From the human T2T-CHM13v2.0 reference genome, Homo sapiens: 64,000 bases of DNA. Position 1 is the stretch's first letter; every line of letters starts with the position of its first letter. The notes under the pieces are model-generated. The model was given only the letters and a program-made list of their open reading frames with translations, did no database searches and was not told the DNA's origin. This document shows positions 54,238 through 64,000 of this stretch, in pieces. The position numbers were made by a program, and so were the translations under genes. The stretch lies in the NCBI RefSeq assembly GCF_009914755.1, contig NC_060934.1. One strand, written 5' to 3'.

Positions 54238-55351
54238 GACGCGGGGTTGGGACGGGGTCGGGTGGTTCGGGGCAGGGCGGTGGCCTCTCTTTCGCGGGGA
54301 ACGCCTGGCTGGCTACGGAGGGGCGTGTCTCCGCCCCGCCCCCTCCACCGGGCTGACCGGCCTGGGATTCCTGCCTTCTAGGCCTAGGCCCGGTGAGAGA
54401 CTCCACACAGCGGAGAACTGCCATTCTTTCCTGGGCATCCCGGGGATCCCAGAGCCGGCCCAGGTACCAGCAGGTGGGCCGCCTACTGCGCACGCGCGGG
54501 TTTGCGGGCAGCCGCCTGGGCTGTGGGAGCAGCCCGGGCAGAGCTCTCCTGCCTCTCCACCAGCCCACCCCGCCGCCTGACCGCCCCCTCCCCACCCCCA
54601 CCCCCCGCCCCCGGAAAACGCGTCGTCCCCTGGGCTGGGTGGAGACCCCCGTCCCGCGAAACACCGGGCCCCGCGCAGCGTCCGGGCCTGACACCGCTCC
54701 GGCGGCTCGCCTCCTCTGCGCCCCCGCGCCACCGTGGCCCGCCCGCCCGGGCCCCTGCAGCCGCCCAGGTGCCAGCACGGAGCGCCTGGAGGCGGAACGC
54801 AGACCCCAGGCCCGGCGCACACCGGGGACGCTGAGCGTTCCAGGCGGGAGGGAAGGCGGGCAGAGATGGAGAGAGGAACGGGAGACCTAGAGGGGCGGAA
54901 GGATGGGCGGAGGGACGTTAGGAGGGAGGGAGGGAGGCAGGGAGGCAGGGAGGCAGGGAGGAACGGAGGGAAAGACAGAGCGACGCAGGGACTGGGGGCG
55001 GGCGGGAGGGAGCCGGGGACGGGGGGAGGAAGGCAGGGAGGAAAAGCGGTCTTCGGCCTCCGGGAGTAGCGGGACCCCCGCCCTCCGGGAAAACGGTCAG
55101 CGTCCGGCGCGGGCTGAGGGCTGGGCCCACAGCCGCCGCGCCGGCCGGCGGGGCACCACCCATTCGCCCCGGTTCCGGGGCCCAGGGAGTGGGCGGTTTC
55201 CTCCGGGACAAAAGACCGGGACTCGGGTTGCCGTCGGGTTTTCACCCGCGCGGTTCACAGACCGCACATCCCCAGGCTGAGCCCTGCAACGCGGCGCGAG
55301 GCCGACAGCCCCGGCCACGGAGGAGCCACACGCAGGACGACGGAGGCGTGA

Positions 55352-57547
<2,196 letters not shown>

Positions 57548-58661
57548 GACGCGGGGTTGGGACGGGGTCGGGTGGTTCGGGGCAGGGCGGTGGCCTCTCT
57601 TTCGCGGGGAACGCCTGGCTGGCTACGGAGGGGCGTGTCTCCGCCCCGCCCCCTCCACCGGGCTGACCGGCCTGGGATTCCTGCCTTCTAGGCCTAGGCC
57701 CGGTGAGAGACTCCACACAGCGGAGAACTGCCATTCTTTCCTGGGCATCCCGGGGATCCCAGAGCCGGCCCAGGTACCAGCAGGTGGGCCGCCTACTGCG
57801 CACGCGCGGGTTTGCGGGCAGCCGCCTGGGCTGTGGGAGCAGCCCGGGCAGAGCTCTCCTGCCTCTCCACCAGCCCACCCCGCCGCCTGACCGCCCCCTC
57901 CCCACCCCCACCCCCCGCCCCCGGAAAACGCGTCGTCCCCTGGGCTGGGTGGAGACCCCCGTCCCGCGAAACACCGGGCCCCGCGCAGCGTCCGGGCCTG
58001 ACACCGCTCCGGCGGCTCGCCTCCTCTGCGCCCCCGCGCCACCGTCGCCCGCCCGCCCGGGCCCCTGCAGCCGCCCAGGTGCCAGCACGGAGCGCCTGGC
58101 GGCGGAACGCAGACCCCAGGCCCGGCGCACACCGGGGACGCTGAGCGTTCCAGGCGGGAGGGAAGGCGGGCAGAGATGGAGAGAGGAACGGGAGACCTAG
58201 AGGGGCGGAAGGATGGGCGGAGGGACGTTAGGAGGGAGGGAGGGAGGCAGGGAGGCAGGGAGGCAGGGAGGAACGGAGGGAAAGACAGAGCGACGCAGGG
58301 ACTGGGGGCGGGCGGGAGGGAGCCGGGGACGGGGGGAGGAAGGCAGGGAGGAAAAGCGGTCTTCGGCCTCCGGGAGTAGCGGGACCCCCGCCCTCCGGGA
58401 AAACGGTCAGCGTCCGGCGCGGGCTGAGGGCTGGGCCCACAGCCGCCGCGCCGGCCGGCGGGGCACCACCCATTCGCCCCGGTTCCGGGGCCCAGGGAGT
58501 GGGCGGTTTCCTCCGGGACAAAAGACCGGGACTCGGGTTGCCGTCGGGTTTTCACCCGCGCGGTTCACAGACCGCACATCCCCAGGCTGAGCCCTGCAAC
58601 GCGGCGCGAGGCCGACAGCCCCGGCCACGGAGGAGCCACACGCAGGACGACGGAGGCGTGA

Positions 58662-60857
<2,196 letters not shown>

Positions 60858-61971
60858 GACGCGGGGTTGGGACGGGGTCGGGTGGTTCGGGGCAGGGCGG
60901 TGGCCTCTCTTTCGCGGGGAACGCCTGGCTGGCTACGGAGGGGCGTGTCTCCGCCCCGCCCCCTCCACCGGGCTGACCGGCCTGGGATTCCTGCCTTCTA
61001 GGCCTAGGCCCGGTGAGAGACTCCACACAGCGGAGAACTGCCATTCTTTCCTGGGCATCCCGGGGATCCCAGAGCCGGCCCAGGTACCAGCAGGTGGGCC
61101 GCCTACTGCGCACGCGCGGGTTTGCGGGCAGCCGCCTGGGCTGTGGGAGCAGCCCGGGCAGAGCTCTCCTGCCTCTCCACCAGCCCACCCCGCCGCCTGA
61201 CCGCCCCCTCCCCACCCCCACCCCCCGCCCCCGGAAAACGCGTCGTCCCCTGGGCTGGGTGGAGACCCCCGTCCCGCGAAACACCGGGCCCCGCGCAGCG
61301 TCCGGGCCTGACACCGCTCCGGCGGCTCGCCTCCTCTGCGCCCCCGCGCCACCGTGGCCCGCCCGCCCGGGCCCCTGCAGCCGCCCAGGTGCCAGCACGG
61401 AGCGCCTGGCGGCGGAACGCAGACCCCAGGCCCGGCGCACACCGGGGACGCTGAGCGTTCCAGGCGGGAGGGAAGGCGGGCAGAGATGGAGAGAGGAACG
61501 GGAGACCTAGAGGGGCGGAAGGATGGGCGGAGGGACGTTAGGAGGGAGGGAGGGAGGCAGGGAGGCAGGGAGGCAGGGAGGAACGGAGGGAAAGACAGAG
61601 CGACGCAGGGACTGGGGGCGGGCGGGAGGGAGCCGGGGACGGGGGGAGGAAGGCAGGGAGGAAAAGCGGTCTTCGGCCTCCGGGAGTAGCGGGACCCCCG
61701 CCCTCCGGGAAAACGGTCAGCGTCCGGCGCGGGCTGAGGGCTGGGCCCACAGCCGCCGCGCCGGCCGGCGGGACACCACCCATTCGCCCCGGTTCCGGGG
61801 CCCAGGGAGTGGGCGGTTTCCTCCGGGACAAAAGACCGGGACTCGGGTTGCCGTCGGGTTTTCACCCGCGCGGTTCACAGACCGCACATCCCCAGGCTGA
61901 GCCCTGCAACGCGGCGCGAGGCCGACAGCCCCGGCCACGGAGGAGCCACACGCAGGACGACGGAGGCGTGA

Positions 61972-64000
<2,029 letters not shown>

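Overview
Human subtelomeric DNA at the proximal edge of a D4Z4 macrosatellite. Positions 1-13.8 kb are unique or repeat-rich flank: L1, Alu and LTR17 fragments, an intron-containing CLUH pseudogene on the minus strand, the FSHD haplotyping SSLP and the p13E-11/D4F104S1 region. From ~13847 to the window end is a head-to-tail array: a 5'-truncated unit, 14 complete KpnI units (3 x 3307 bp, then 11 x 3310 bp) and a 15th unit cut off by the window. Each complete unit carries an intact 422-aa DUX4 double-homeobox ORF. Each repeat has the BlnI site (CCTAGG) and lacks the XapI site (AAATTG instead of AAATTC), so this is a homogeneous 10q26-type array, most likely chromosome 10. The distal end (pLAM, poly(A) signal) is outside the window. 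The locus is well studied and I found no convincingly new biological system. Most worth checking: an in-frame ATG at the flank/array junction giving a homeodomain-less 227-aa DUX4 C-terminal ORF, a long in-frame N-terminal extension of DUX4, and an ordered pattern of unit sequence variants along the array.
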